Sequence record: PQ488502.1
Reading direction: 5' to 3' (one strand)
Length of the DNA: 64,000 nt
Source of the DNA: Escherichia phage BUCT632
Made by a program: the position numbers and the translations under genes. Shown piece by piece: positions 20,691 to 31,027 of the stretch (within the stretch, counting starts at the first letter, position 1; each line of letters starts with the position of its first letter). Under the pieces are notes generated by a model. The model was not told the origin of the DNA and did not search any database. It saw nothing but the letters and a program-made list of their open reading frames with translations.

Positions 20691-23250
20691 CGAGAATCCT
20701 TCTCACGTTATCCAAATCTTTACATATAGCAATAAACTTATCATCCTTGTATTTGCTATGATCTGGATGCTCTTTATCCATTGCAGCTAGTTTCTTATAC
20801 TCGAACTCTGCGTCAAGTAATACACCCTTGACATAACGAGTATATTCATCATCATCAATACAAGCGATTGATGGGTGCTGTTTCTTCATCTTACCACAAG
20901 AATAGTCACGAGAACCTCCAGCTTCAGAATCTGAATCAATACCAATCGGACAGCCAGGAATACTGATACCACGGTCTTTCTGGATATTACGAATCAGGAT
21001 TTCATTGTATTGGTCGATCAAATCCTCACGAACAATAGCAACCACGGAGTCGTGAACCAGCATAACAATCTTCATCTCTTGTTCTAGGCCAAGAGAAATG
21101 ATCTCATTATCTGCGTCTACAGCCCCTAAAAGGAGACTATCAGAAGAAGCAGACTGAATAATTGCGTTAAATCCAGAACGGATTTCTTCACCCTGAACAC
21201 CACGGTCTTCGGAGTGGATATTATGCAGACGACGTTTACGACCAAAGTGACTATAGATAAATCCATGATTCTTGATCTGATCGTGGCACTTATCAATCCA
21301 ACGCTTAAGCTGCGGGAACTGACCGAAGTAAGTTTCAATGTACTCTTTAGCATCTGCAACAGTACACTCTACAAACGGTTCACCTGTCTTAGCAGCCTGT
21401 TCCAGAAGAGCTTCGTTAACAGAATGAGCTACTTTAGCTGGGCCAGAACCATACAGAATACCAAAGGTGATTGCTTTAGCTGCTTGACGCAGAGCTGGGA
21501 ATAACTTTTTAACATCACGAGGCTCGCATTGGAGTTTAAATACCATGTGTGCGATGTTAGAGTGGAAGTCAGGGTATTTATCAGGTTCATTTCTCATGTT
21601 GATAAATACTTGTTGCATATTTCTATCACCCGATAGAACAGCAGCATAATAAACTTCCGCAGTTGTTAAGTCCCATGCAATTACACGGTATCCTACAGGG
21701 GCTACTACACAACCCTTGATAATAGATTCATCACGAGGTAACTGTTGCAGGTTCAGTTTACCAGAAGAACTCAGACGACCAGAAGTAGTCATATGCTCAT
21801 GGAAGCCAGTACGAATGCAACCATCAGCATCAATGCTCAGAAGAATCTTCTCAACGTAAGTAGAGATCAGCTTAGTCAGCTTACGAATCTCTAGTAGGGT
21901 CTTAGCAATTGGATGCTGCGTAGACAATTCGTTCAGAGCTTCTGCATCTGTAGAGTCTGCTCCAGTATCCGTCAATTTACCTGTTGGAGTTAAGCCAACA
22001 TAGTCAAATAGAAGAACACGGAGTTGTTTAACAGAGTTTGGGTTAAACGCTTCGTTCTGATCTTTCTCTAGCTGAACTACTTCTGGATAAGTATACAGCT
22101 TCTCACGAGCTTTATTCAGATTATGAGTTAACTGATACTGAGCTTCTTTCAAGCGATCAATAGAAATAGGTACACCACGATCCTCAACACGCTGGAGAAA
22201 TACACAACCAGGCATTAGAACATCATAATACAGACTGCAAAGTTTTTCGTTCTTCTCAATTTTTGGTAAGAAGAAGTTGTGCAAACGTATGGTGGCATCG
22301 GTATCTTTTGCAGCGTAAGGCCACATAATATCAAACGGAATTAAATCATAGGTGAAATCTTCTTTCTTGATTTTATGTGCTTTGCAGTAATCATCCTTGA
22401 ACTTATCTAGTTCAAAGTCATAGTCACCCATATCGGTATACTTCATTGCTAGAGATTTCAAGCCATGAGTACCACGACGTTCATCCAGAACATAATGCTG
22501 CAACATGGTATCATGGAGCCTACGTTCTTTATGTGCTTTATCAAAAGTAAGTCCCAGATGATACTTATAAAAGTGCATATCAAACTTCAGGTTGTGAAAA
22601 ACAATAGTGTGGTTTTCACTATCCAGAATTTTCTGGAGATAATATACTGCAACCTCTGTGAGACAATCAGAATCGATGTATACACCCTGATATTCTTGGT
22701 GAGACATAGAAACACCAAGCAGATAACCATCTCGACAGTATAGTGCTGAGGTTTCGGAGTCAAATGCGACAGGTCCGATAACCATATTATATACCATCTT
22801 GATATATTCTTCTGCCTCATCAGGATCAGTAATAGGACGGTAATCACCAGCTTTTGCAATCTTCTCACGACCATTGATAATATCGTGGATATTCTCTACT
22901 GTTGCATCAAAAACTGGTTTCATTTCAGGCTTAAAGTGTAGCTGGGCGGGGCTGATACTAGCAATCCAGTTAGCATATCCATTATACTCTACACGTTTAC
23001 CAGTATAGTCACCAATGCCTTTCTTACCTGCAAAGTACAGGAAAGGCTCGGCACCTACCAGTATAACAAAATCATAATCATTCGGGTCAAATGGGTTTTC
23101 CTGAGTCCCAATAGTAATATGCTTTTTGAGCAAACGACCGGATAACTTCTCGTTACACATATGGAATACATCAACTTCCTCGCCGTATAGCTGGAAATGT
23201 TTATCGTAACGAGTGTTATTTAGAGCTTTATCAACTACTGCGATTTTCAA
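20683..23250 (-). CDS. DNA polymerase, family A (T5-type, 855 aa)
   Basis: 855 aa, same size as T5 polymerase; 3'-5' exonuclease and PolA motifs; RBS AAGAGGAG upstream. Confidence 0.9.
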   Translation of the reverse strand: MKIAVVDKALNNTRYDKHFQLYGEEVDVFHMCNEKLSGRLLKKHITIGTQENPFDPNDYDFVILVGAEPFLYFAGKKGIGDYTGKRVEYNGYANWIASISPAQLHFKPEMKPVFDATVENIHDIINGREKIAKAGDYRPITDPDEAEEYIKMVYNMVIGPVAFDSETSALYCRDGYLLGVSMSHQEYQGVYIDSDCLTEVAVYYLQKILDSENHTIVFHNLKFDMHFYKYHLGLTFDKAHKERRLHDTMLQHYVLDERRGTHGLKSLAMKYTDMGDYDFELDKFKDDYCKAHKIKKEDFTYDLIPFDIMWPYAAKDTDATIRLHNFFLPKIEKNEKLCSLYYDVLMPGCVFLQRVEDRGVPISIDRLKEAQYQLTHNLNKAREKLYTYPEVVQLEKDQNEAFNPNSVKQLRVLLFDYVGLTPTGKLTDTGADSTDAEALNELSTQHPIAKTLLEIRKLTKLISTYVEKILLSIDADGCIRTGFHEHMTTSGRLSSSGKLNLQQLPRDESIIKGCVVAPVGYRVIAWDLTTAEVYYAAVLSGDRNMQQVFINMRNEPDKYPDFHSNIAHMVFKLQCEPRDVKKLFPALRQAAKAITFGILYGSGPAKVAHSVNEALLEQAAKTGEPFVECTVADAKEYIETYFGQFPQLKRWIDKCHDQIKNHGFIYSHFGRKRRLHNIHSEDRGVQGEEIRSGFNAIIQSASSDSLLLGAVDADNEIISLGLEQEMKIVMLVHDSVVAIVREDLIDQYNEILIRNIQKDRGISIPGCPIGIDSDSEAGGSRDYSCGKMKKQHPSIACIDDDEYTRYVKGVLLDAEFEYKKLAAMDKEHPDHSKYKDDKFIAICKDLDNVRRILGA

Positions 23251-23312
23251 ATTTAATCTCCTCTTGGTAAGTAAGTATAACTTCAGTGTTTCTTCTCTAA
23301 CTTACCAATATA

Positions 23313-24203
23313 TTATACCAAATCTTTAAGCGATTCAGCAACTAAAATTTCAATACGTTTTGCTAACATATCAATTTCTTCTTTATTTAAGTCACCAGGG
23401 TCTTTACCTTCAGGCAGAAGAAAGTTAGCAACTACAGGTGTTAAACGCGTTTTTGTACGAATTAATTTGGCCAATGCTTGTGCAGCTTTACTACCAGAAG
23501 CATCATTATCTAGTAAGATAACAACAACTTTAACACCAGCAATAATATAAGGACTGAACTTATCTGCAATGTTATCTGAGGTGAACTGATGTGTACCAAA
23601 GCAGCAAGAAGCATAGTCTATACCATTATCCTCTAGGTTCAGCATATCAAAGATACCTTCAACTAGAATAAGAACTGGAGTATTATATCGTACAGGAAAA
23701 ATCGGTGGTGAAACTTGTTTTGGTTTTACTAAGTATTTAGGAGGGGCAGAACTGTTTATAGAACGACCCAAAAATAGGATATTGCGTCCAACAGCATCTG
23801 TGATTGGGAATACAATTCTGCCTTCCCAGTCTGCTTGGTGTTGGAAAGCAAAATATTTCTTCAAGGTCTTAGAACTTATACCTCGGAAATCACCTTCAAA
23901 AAGGTAAGCAGATTCAGGAATTGCAAGATTTGTAGATCCATTCCTAATCTCTGAAATCTTTTTACGTACCTGCGATAGTCTTGGGGACTGTCGGTACTGA
24001 GTCTCATTAAAATAATGGTAAATGCTCGGTATACCTTTACCGAAGCCACAACTCAAGCAGTGCATAATACCTGTTTCAGGATCAATACGCAAACTTGGGT
24101 GTTTATCGTCATGATCTGGATTGAGACAACAGATGAGGATGTCCCCACCTGTGTCTTTATATTCAATGCCTTTCAGATCAAGTAGTTCTGTTATTCTACT
24201 CAT
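23313..24203 (-). CDS. DNA primase (DnaG-like zinc finger plus Toprim)
   Basis: CxxC...HxxC zinc-binding region (CCLNPDHDDKHPS...CLSCGFG); Toprim-like middle region. Confidence 0.8.
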   Translation of the reverse strand: MSRITELLDLKGIEYKDTGGDILICCLNPDHDDKHPSLRIDPETGIMHCLSCGFGKGIPSIYHYFNETQYRQSPRLSQVRKKISEIRNGSTNLAIPESAYLFEGDFRGISSKTLKKYFAFQHQADWEGRIVFPITDAVGRNILFLGRSINSSAPPKYLVKPKQVSPPIFPVRYNTPVLILVEGIFDMLNLEDNGIDYASCCFGTHQFTSDNIADKFSPYIIAGVKVVVILLDNDASGSKAAQALAKLIRTKTRLTPVVANFLLPEGKDPGDLNKEEIDMLAKRIEILVAESLKDLV

Positions 24204-25672
24204 ATATCGCTGGCCTGTTCACCTGTTGAATTTTCAGTTTTGTCTTTCTTAGCACGTTTAGGTTGAGCTGGCTTATCCTTCTCAATAGGGATAACGAACT
24301 CAGCTTCCATTTGAGATATATCTTCCATTGCTAGGTTGGTAGTGTTATCCATTCGCAGAGTTTCCCAGTTCATTTTAGGCATAAACTTCACGCTATCAGA
24401 AGAACGAGTCTTAACGAAGTCAAACATAATAGCACCTTGACCATTATCAGCTTTTGCAGCATTAAGATTAGCAGCCATGTCTGCGGAATCAAGAATCCCC
24501 TTTGACATACGTGTTCTACCATCTTGATCGATCTGGTAAGGAGCTACACCAGCCACGTTATGTTTCTGGCAGATAGATTTGAAAGATGAGCTAACAACCA
24601 TCTGTTCTTTCCAGTCATACATATCAATGGTTTTAGAGTCTGGAAGTCGGGTTTGGTTAATATAGTCCAGTAAAGCTACTGTAACTTTATCTCCATATCT
24701 AGCAACTAATTTATTTAATTCTACGTCAACTGTTGTAATAGACAGCTCAGGGTCATAAACAATAATCATAGGAGTATGCAGCTCATACCCTTCTATTAGC
24801 TTACTCTCCATATCGTAGAAATCACTCATCTTAGCCATTGTGTACTGTTTAACGAAGTTATCAAAAAGCTCTTCACCCCCATTAAACATTCTAGCTCTAG
24901 TTCTGGCTAATCTCAATAGAGCTGCACCTTCTAGAGTATTATTACGCATTGCTAGTGCTGATACACCTGCTAACATGGCTAGATTACGTCTAAATACTTC
25001 ATGTTCTTTCATCTCAATTGAGAAGTATGGAGCAATATCTCCATTCAAATATTGCTGAACCTGTATGTTTGAACAGATAATGGATTTACCAGTACCACGC
25101 CAACCACCAAGCAGTAACGTTTCTGTGCGAGCTAAACCAATTTGAGCGTCGAACTCATTACAAATACCAAGAGCGATTAAGTTCAGTTTGGTATCTTCTT
25201 CTCTCTGGAAAATACGCATGTTATCTGCGTTGAATACTTTTCCAGTATTCGTTACTTTCTCTTCTAATTTTAAGTGAAGGGAGGCAACTCGGTTGAGAAT
25301 TTCTCCCTGATCCAGCATTGTTAAATCTTGAAGCACGTCTGTTTCTAGAAGTTTCAGGAATAAATCCTGTGTATATTCGGCTTCTAGGACTTCAAGTGCC
25401 TGTTCCATGCTCACTTCTGGAATTTGAGTGTTAGCTAAGACGACTAGAGCTTGAGAAAGGCGGGCGTTCCTATTAGCTTCAAGCATAAGTGCGTCAATGG
25501 ACGGCATTGTGTTATATTTTTTATAATAATTCTGGACGGCTTGGTAAATTGAGGAGAAAGCGTCATTAAAATGATCTTTATGCAGTTTTGAGAATGTTTC
25601 CAATGCTATTTGCTTCTGTTCTGAAGCAAGAAGCATCTTCAACACTACAGCTTGCACGTTAAACAAGGTCAT
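24200..25672 (-). CDS. Replicative DNA helicase (DnaB-like)
   Basis: Walker A GGWRGTGKS; start taken at ATG 25672 after RBS AAAGGAGA (ORF track extends to 25723). Confidence 0.8.
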   Translation of the reverse strand: MTLFNVQAVVLKMLLASEQKQIALETFSKLHKDHFNDAFSSIYQAVQNYYKKYNTMPSIDALMLEANRNARLSQALVVLANTQIPEVSMEQALEVLEAEYTQDLFLKLLETDVLQDLTMLDQGEILNRVASLHLKLEEKVTNTGKVFNADNMRIFQREEDTKLNLIALGICNEFDAQIGLARTETLLLGGWRGTGKSIICSNIQVQQYLNGDIAPYFSIEMKEHEVFRRNLAMLAGVSALAMRNNTLEGAALLRLARTRARMFNGGEELFDNFVKQYTMAKMSDFYDMESKLIEGYELHTPMIIVYDPELSITTVDVELNKLVARYGDKVTVALLDYINQTRLPDSKTIDMYDWKEQMVVSSSFKSICQKHNVAGVAPYQIDQDGRTRMSKGILDSADMAANLNAAKADNGQGAIMFDFVKTRSSDSVKFMPKMNWETLRMDNTTNLAMEDISQMEAEFVIPIEKDKPAQPKRAKKDKTENSTGEQASDI

Positions 25673-25754
25673 TCTCCTTTGCACGCTTTCGTGCCTTCTA
25701 AATGCAAAAAGGGGAAGGAGCATAGCCCCCTCCCCTTAGGTTTAATTTACCAGA

Positions 25755-26522
25755 TTATTCAGCAGCCGCAGCTTTTGCATCCAGTTTAGCACGCTTAGCG
25801 GCACCATCATAGTCCTTAGCAACCAGACCACGACGAGACAGCATAGATTTAACACCACGCTCAGACTTACCAGTTTTCTCAGCGATCTCAGCAACAGTCA
25901 TGTTAACCAGATCCAGACCTTCTAACAGATCTTCACGAGTTTTAGCACTTGAAGTTTCCTGTACCGGCATAGCAGCGATACGACCTTCACGAAGCAGGCT
26001 TAGAGCTTTACCACGGATCTGCTTAATATTGCGACCGAAGTGAGCAGCGATAGCTTCAATAGTAGCACCAGCAACAACCTGATTAACAAAATCAGTTTCT
26101 TCATCAGGAGTGAAGGAACGAACAGCAGCAGCTTTTTCGGTTGGCTTAACAGAAGCGGTCATTTCCAGACTCAGAATCTTACCTTGTACCTGCTTAGCAC
26201 CGAACTGACCACCAGCTACAGCAGCAGCGATTTCAGCATAGGTATACTGACCAGCATGAGCATTCAGGAAATCAACCAGTTCAGCTTCCTGCTCAGGAGT
26301 CCACGGAGATTTCTGTACTTCGTTGGCTTTCTGTACTTCAAAACCTTCTTTACGCAGTTTAGAGCCAACAGAGCGAGCAGTAACATCTTTGCCAGTTTCA
26401 GCAGCCAGTTCAGCAGCAATAGCAGCTACTTGTTCTTGAGAGATTACAGCAACACCCAGAGCAGTGGCTTTTGCTTTCAGAGACTCGGTTACACCTTCTA
26501 CGTTCCAGTTCAGTTTAGACAT
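25755..26522 (-). CDS. DNA-binding protein (T5 D5-like)
   Basis: 255-aa Ala/Lys-rich protein at the D5 position between the helicase and ligase genes. Confidence 0.55.
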   Translation of the reverse strand: MSKLNWNVEGVTESLKAKATALGVAVISQEQVAAIAAELAAETGKDVTARSVGSKLRKEGFEVQKANEVQKSPWTPEQEAELVDFLNAHAGQYTYAEIAAAVAGGQFGAKQVQGKILSLEMTASVKPTEKAAAVRSFTPDEETDFVNQVVAGATIEAIAAHFGRNIKQIRGKALSLLREGRIAAMPVQETSSAKTREDLLEGLDLVNMTVAEIAEKTGKSERGVKSMLSRRGLVAKDYDGAAKRAKLDAKAAAAE

Positions 26523-27288
26523 TATTATTTTTCTCCAATAGTTCTTTAATCGACAGGATTTCTATCCCATTCGTTTCGGCTTTCTTATAAGATGAGGAAG
26601 AACGCTTCGATTCATCCTCACAGATTAGGTATTTGACGTCTTTGGTAACGGATTTCTTAACCGTATATCCTAGACCTTCTAAATAGTTTGTTGCATCCGT
26701 TCGATTTGCAAAATCTTGCAAAGATCCGGTAATACATACCGCGATTCCATTTGGCTGGGCAACTAATTCATCAGTAACGACGGTTTTAGCTTTAGCACCA
26801 GTTGAAAATTTCCACGGTAGTTCGATAACATCCTTGCCTTGTGGGGAATTTAGCCAGGCTTTATAATTTTCTCCAGCCTTGCCGTCAGCCTTCACATCGT
26901 GGAAGCTAGTGCAATTTTGGGATAATTTCTTTGCTGCAACCTCCCCAATTAGAGGGATTCCTAAAGAACCGAGAACTGAACCAAAGTCAATGTCTCCGCG
27001 AACTTTAGTATTTAATTCGCTAATTAACTTAGCGGCAACCTTGCTACCCACGGCTCTAACCAAATCTTCTTCGGTTAGGTAAAATAGTTCTGAAATCTTC
27101 GTCAGCTCCAGCTTCTCAATAGTTTTCGGACCAAAGCCCTTTAACTTCATTTTTGTACAGAAGTTCTCAATTAACTTACTTGATTGCGCTGGACAGTTGG
27201 ACTTATTCCGACAGAATAATTGTCCGTTGACAAGATCTAGCTTAGAACCACAAGAGGGACATTGTGTTGGAATTTCGATTTTCATCAA
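26515..27288 (-). CDS. NAD-dependent DNA ligase, C-terminal subunit (zinc finger, HhH, BRCT-like)
   Basis: CPSCGSKL...CRNKSNC zinc finger; helix-hairpin-helix region. Confidence 0.8.
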   Translation of the reverse strand: MMKIEIPTQCPSCGSKLDLVNGQLFCRNKSNCPAQSSKLIENFCTKMKLKGFGPKTIEKLELTKISELFYLTEEDLVRAVGSKVAAKLISELNTKVRGDIDFGSVLGSLGIPLIGEVAAKKLSQNCTSFHDVKADGKAGENYKAWLNSPQGKDVIELPWKFSTGAKAKTVVTDELVAQPNGIAVCITGSLQDFANRTDATNYLEGLGYTVKKSVTKDVKYLICEDESKRSSSSYKKAETNGIEILSIKELLEKNNNV

Positions 27289-27315
27289 ATTTCTTCCTTA
27301 TCAATTTATATAAAT

Positions 27316-27344
27316 ATTATAGCAAGTATTTAAGCATTTAGCAA
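27316..27344 (-). promoter_or_regulatory. Early promoter (TTGCTA-N17-TATAAT, minus strand) between the two ligase ORFs
   Basis: Reverse complement TTGCTAAATGCTTAAATACTTGCTATAAT. Confidence 0.65.
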
Positions 27345-27487
27345 CTACAATTTTAACTAACTTTGCCTACCCTCGCCATAACTTTCTATCCCTCAACTGA
27401 ATGATAATAGTATATACCTAAGCGGCGAAAATGTCAATAACCACTTTATAATTCCGATATGGTAGATGGGTAGCAAAGGGTTATGTA

Positions 27488-28459
27488 TTAATCGTATACT
27501 CGCTCTACTATACACGGGATTACACCACCAGCACGAATTACTCGAATCTGGCAACCGATCTCTAGATCGAGAGAGTTAATATAATCAACGTTATTAAGAG
27601 TCGCTTTAACAATTGTAGCATCATCAATAATTACCGGTTCGAAATAACCAACTGGAGTTACTTTACCAGAAGCCCCTACCTGCCACTCAACTTTAGTAAG
27701 AGTTGTAATCTCGCCTTCTTCATCCTCTTTAATAGCGAAGGCTCCACGAGGGAATTTATTAGTCCAGCCTTCTCGGAAGAATTTGTTGTTGTCATTAATA
27801 CGAACAACTTTACCATCCGTAGGAATCCATTTAAAGAAGGAACGCACATTAACAACTGTTAAGAAGTTCTCATTCTCTAGCCAAAGCATATCTTTTAAAT
27901 ACGTTTCTGTAATACCTACAGATTCAGCAGAACACTGGATACCATATGCAACGAAGATTAAACCACCTTCTCCAATACGTTGTACGAAATCATCGCTATC
28001 TTTGAGGTTAATAGCACCAGAGGCAAAGTTACGTTTATTTTCTACTTCTTTTGTAATTAGAACTTCACCAGTGATTTGAGTAGGTACTTTTTGGGAAATC
28101 TTTTTGGGGATGTTCAGCAATCTTACGTTGCTTGTGACATCATTCCCTAGAATACCATTGCCACGAGTTAGTGCTTGAACAAACTCGCCATTAATATATA
28201 ACAGAGAAATTGCACAACCATCTAACTTATCAGTTTCTACCTGACCTAACGGGTTAAATGGGGGTTTATCTCCACGATTATAATAAACTTTCTGTAAAGA
28301 ATACATACGATACAGATGTGGAATATCACCCTTAGGCCCAATCTCTTCCTCTAGTGGGAATCTTTTAATAAGACGATCATATTCTTCGTCAGAGATTAAA
28401 GACATGCCTTGATAATATGCTTCTTGACAGCGTTTAATAAATTCTTTTACATTAGTCAT
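27488..28459 (-). CDS. NAD-dependent DNA ligase, N-terminal adenylation subunit
   Basis: KLDG active-site lysine motif (TDKLDGCAISLLY); OB-fold region. Confidence 0.8.
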   Translation of the reverse strand: MTNVKEFIKRCQEAYYQGMSLISDEEYDRLIKRFPLEEEIGPKGDIPHLYRMYSLQKVYYNRGDKPPFNPLGQVETDKLDGCAISLLYINGEFVQALTRGNGILGNDVTSNVRLLNIPKKISQKVPTQITGEVLITKEVENKRNFASGAINLKDSDDFVQRIGEGGLIFVAYGIQCSAESVGITETYLKDMLWLENENFLTVVNVRSFFKWIPTDGKVVRINDNNKFFREGWTNKFPRGAFAIKEDEEGEITTLTKVEWQVGASGKVTPVGYFEPVIIDDATIVKATLNNVDYINSLDLEIGCQIRVIRAGGVIPCIVERVYD

Positions 28460-28490
28460 TTATTTATATCTCTCATCAATTTATATAAAT

Positions 28491-28519
28491 ATTATATAAC
28501 AAAACTGAGTTGAAAGCAA
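28491..28519 (-). promoter_or_regulatory. Early promoter (TTGCTT-N17-TATAAT, minus strand)
   Basis: Reverse complement TTGCTTTCAACTCAGTTTTGTTATATAAT upstream of the ligase N-terminal gene. Confidence 0.6.
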
Positions 28520-28546
28520 ATACATTTATAAAGAAAAAGCCAAGAA

Positions 28547-28855
28547 CTAGGCATTCTTGGCTTTGAGTTCTTCAGCTCGTTTCTGTACTTCATGTAAAAC
28601 CTCAGATTCGCTAAGAATCTGTGTAAACGCATAGAAAAGCTGTGATGTTGTTTCTAGGGTGTAAGGAAAAGAGAAGCCAGATTTCGTTGGAAACCATTCA
28701 TCATTAATATCAAGAAGCCAGTAACGAATACCCATGTATAGATTCCCACGAAATTCAGATACTGTTAATCTTACTTGTTCTCCCTCCTTCTCCCAAAGTA
28801 TGATGGACTGGTCATCAACGTGTCCTTCATAGTTTTGATTTACCTGTTCGCTCAT
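28547..28855 (-). CDS. Hypothetical protein
   Basis: 102-aa ORF. Confidence 0.5.
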   Translation of the reverse strand: MSEQVNQNYEGHVDDQSIILWEKEGEQVRLTVSEFRGNLYMGIRYWLLDINDEWFPTKSGFSFPYTLETTSQLFYAFTQILSESEVLHEVQKRAEELKAKNA

Positions 28856-28904
28856 TTACTATCCCAAATACACAAAAAGCCCCATATAGGGGCTAATTGG
28901 TTTC

Positions 28905-29201
28905 TTATCGGCCTACTGGAGAAGCACGATCTAACTCTGATTGGAGGCTAGTCACACGACGGACTTTCTCGACAGGAATAAAACGGAAGCTATCATTAGT
29001 ACGAGAGAAGACAAGGATCTCATCCTCTTTCGCTTTACGAATACGTTCACGTTTAATACGCTCAGCCAGATATTTATCTTGGGCTGGATCAAATTCCATC
29101 GTACCCTGAAGGTACGTGGTACCTTTCTGACGAAGTTTCTCGTAATGAAGATAAAACTCACCAAATTTTTCACATTGTGCGATAATTTCAGCTTTGGTCA
29201 T
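28905..29201 (-). CDS. Hypothetical protein
   Basis: 98-aa ORF. Confidence 0.5.
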   Translation of the reverse strand: MTKAEIIAQCEKFGEFYLHYEKLRQKGTTYLQGTMEFDPAQDKYLAERIKRERIRKAKEDEILVFSRTNDSFRFIPVEKVRRVTSLQSELDRASPVGR

Positions 29202-29238
29202 AACTGTAGTTCCTTTTGTTGGTGGATTTATCTAAAAA

Positions 29239-29649
29239 TTACTTAGTGATAGCTCGGATTGCTTCTGCCAGATGAGCGGCTGCTTTACCAGTCAGTTTGT
29301 CGATAATTGCATCATCCAGAAAATCTGGTGCTAGGCCAGCATCAGAGAATGCTGAACGAAGATCGGCATGAGCTTGGGCTTTGGAAGTACGAGAACCACC
29401 AGAAGCTTTTTCTCCAGTAGATGCGCTAGATTTAGAAGCAGAGCCAGCAGCTTTCTTGATATACAAACCTGCTTTAGTCAGCTTCATACGAAAACCGTTC
29501 GGAGTTACACCATTTTCCTGGGCAATTTCGCTAACAATTTCCATGCTAACACCCGGGCGTTCATCCTCTGGGAATTGCTCCATACGAGCAACGTATTCGG
29601 AAGACATTTTTTCGAACAGTTCATCAGTCCACTGAGTTGGAGTAGTCAT
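29239..29649 (-). CDS. Hypothetical protein
   Basis: 136-aa ORF preceded by a minus-strand TTGCTT-N17-TATAAT promoter near 29707-29740. Confidence 0.5.
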   Translation of the reverse strand: MTTPTQWTDELFEKMSSEYVARMEQFPEDERPGVSMEIVSEIAQENGVTPNGFRMKLTKAGLYIKKAAGSASKSSASTGEKASGGSRTSKAQAHADLRSAFSDAGLAPDFLDDAIIDKLTGKAAAHLAEAIRAITK

Positions 29650-29755
29650 ATTTTATATTTCCTTAATTAAGAATTAAACAGAATAGTTCTTTCAAACTAT
29701 GAGAATATTATATCAAGAATTATAGGATTAAGCAACTGAAATTTTTCAGTAATTG

Positions 29756-30043
29756 CTACACATCTAGCTCAACGATCTCCCAATCATCCGCCAGAGCTTC
29801 TTCTAGGGTTAGGGAGGAGGTTTTCCATGTTGCGTCTTTTATATCGAACTTGGTATACCCATCTTCATTGGGCCACCAGGTAAACTCGACAATATCATTA
29901 TTATCAACATCTACTTTTATAATAGTAGAGTAATAAGTACGAGCGTCCCAATTACCCCAGCTATCCCGCTGGAGATATTTTACATCTCCATCTTTCAGTA
30001 AATCTGTTAGTTTACTCACGGCGTTTTCCTTTTTCTTTATCAA
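29756..30043 (-). CDS. Hypothetical protein
   Basis: 95-aa ORF. Confidence 0.45.
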   Translation of the reverse strand: MIKKKENAVSKLTDLLKDGDVKYLQRDSWGNWDARTYYSTIIKVDVDNNDIVEFTWWPNEDGYTKFDIKDATWKTSSLTLEEALADDWEIVELDV

Positions 30044-30716
30044 GTTTCAGGGCAGCCTTAACAGCTTCGTTAATCAACGTAATAATTTCTTCACGAGTCC
30101 ATTTATATCCTAGAGATTTTACGTCAACCCCTAACTTTTCCAGATGTTTAACAGAGGCCAACTCGTAATTCATATAATGAACGTTCTGTTGTTTGCCTTC
30201 TGATAGAAGCCATACACGGTAACAACCAACAGGATTATCCATTGCTTTTTTGATTTCACCGATACACTGGTATCCAGGAACCCAAACAAGCTCACCAACT
30301 GCAAATTCTTCTGCTACAGCATCATCAGGAATAATTGGAGGATTCAATGGATCTACAATATCGTTCAAACGAAGTAGAGCACCATATCGTTCCAGAACAG
30401 ATTTAACCATTGCTACAGAGCGATAATTACGATCGGCAATTTCTTCAAAAGAATCACCAGATAAATACTGCTCAATAACGTTGGCTAACTCAATGCCTTC
30501 AATGAGAGTGCCACGTTTCTTTTTCTTCATTTCGGCAACCTGAATCTGGCGGTCTTGCCATTCTTCAATCATCCTTTCCATAGTTGGATTGGACGATACG
30601 CCGAGCATTTCACATGCTGCTTTCTTAGTACCACCGTTCTCCAGATGCTCTATAACCTTTTTAAAGACTTCATCCGGGATTTCATGGATATGTTTCTTTC
30701 TACGAGAACCAGCCAT
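30012..30716 (-). CDS. Hypothetical protein with helix-turn-helix-like N-terminal region
   Basis: 234 aa; GGTKKAACEMLGVSSNPTMERMIEEW resembles an HTH; RBS GAGGGAGGAG and a TTGCAT-N17-TATAAT promoter at 30747-30775 (minus). Confidence 0.5.
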   Translation of the reverse strand: MAGSRRKKHIHEIPDEVFKKVIEHLENGGTKKAACEMLGVSSNPTMERMIEEWQDRQIQVAEMKKKKRGTLIEGIELANVIEQYLSGDSFEEIADRNYRSVAMVKSVLERYGALLRLNDIVDPLNPPIIPDDAVAEEFAVGELVWVPGYQCIGEIKKAMDNPVGCYRVWLLSEGKQQNVHYMNYELASVKHLEKLGVDVKSLGYKWTREEIITLINEAVKAALKLDKEKGKRRE

Positions 30717-30784
30717 ATTTAAACTCCTCCCTCAAATTTATGAATCTATTATACAGAAATTTTTTGCACTATGCAAATAAATTT

Positions 30785-31027
30785 TTACGATTCCTTGAGC
30801 AAAGAAGCTAGTTCAGCATAGACTTTATCTAACTCAAAGCCGATGCGAAGAGACACGTTTGTTTTCCGTTGTTTAAGTAACCACTCGGATATGTTAGGGA
30901 TGCCAGCTAATCTGTGCGGTACCACCCTACATAGCTTTTCCGAAGTGTCGTAAACAGGAACTTTACGTTCTTTTACTGGGAACTTCCTTGTTTCCCATTT
31001 TTTATTCTTCACTGTCATTTCTAGCAC
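30785..31027 (-). CDS. Hypothetical protein
   Basis: 80-aa basic ORF. Confidence 0.45.
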   Translation of the reverse strand: MLEMTVKNKKWETRKFPVKERKVPVYDTSEKLCRVVPHRLAGIPNISEWLLKQRKTNVSLRIGFELDKVYAELASLLKES

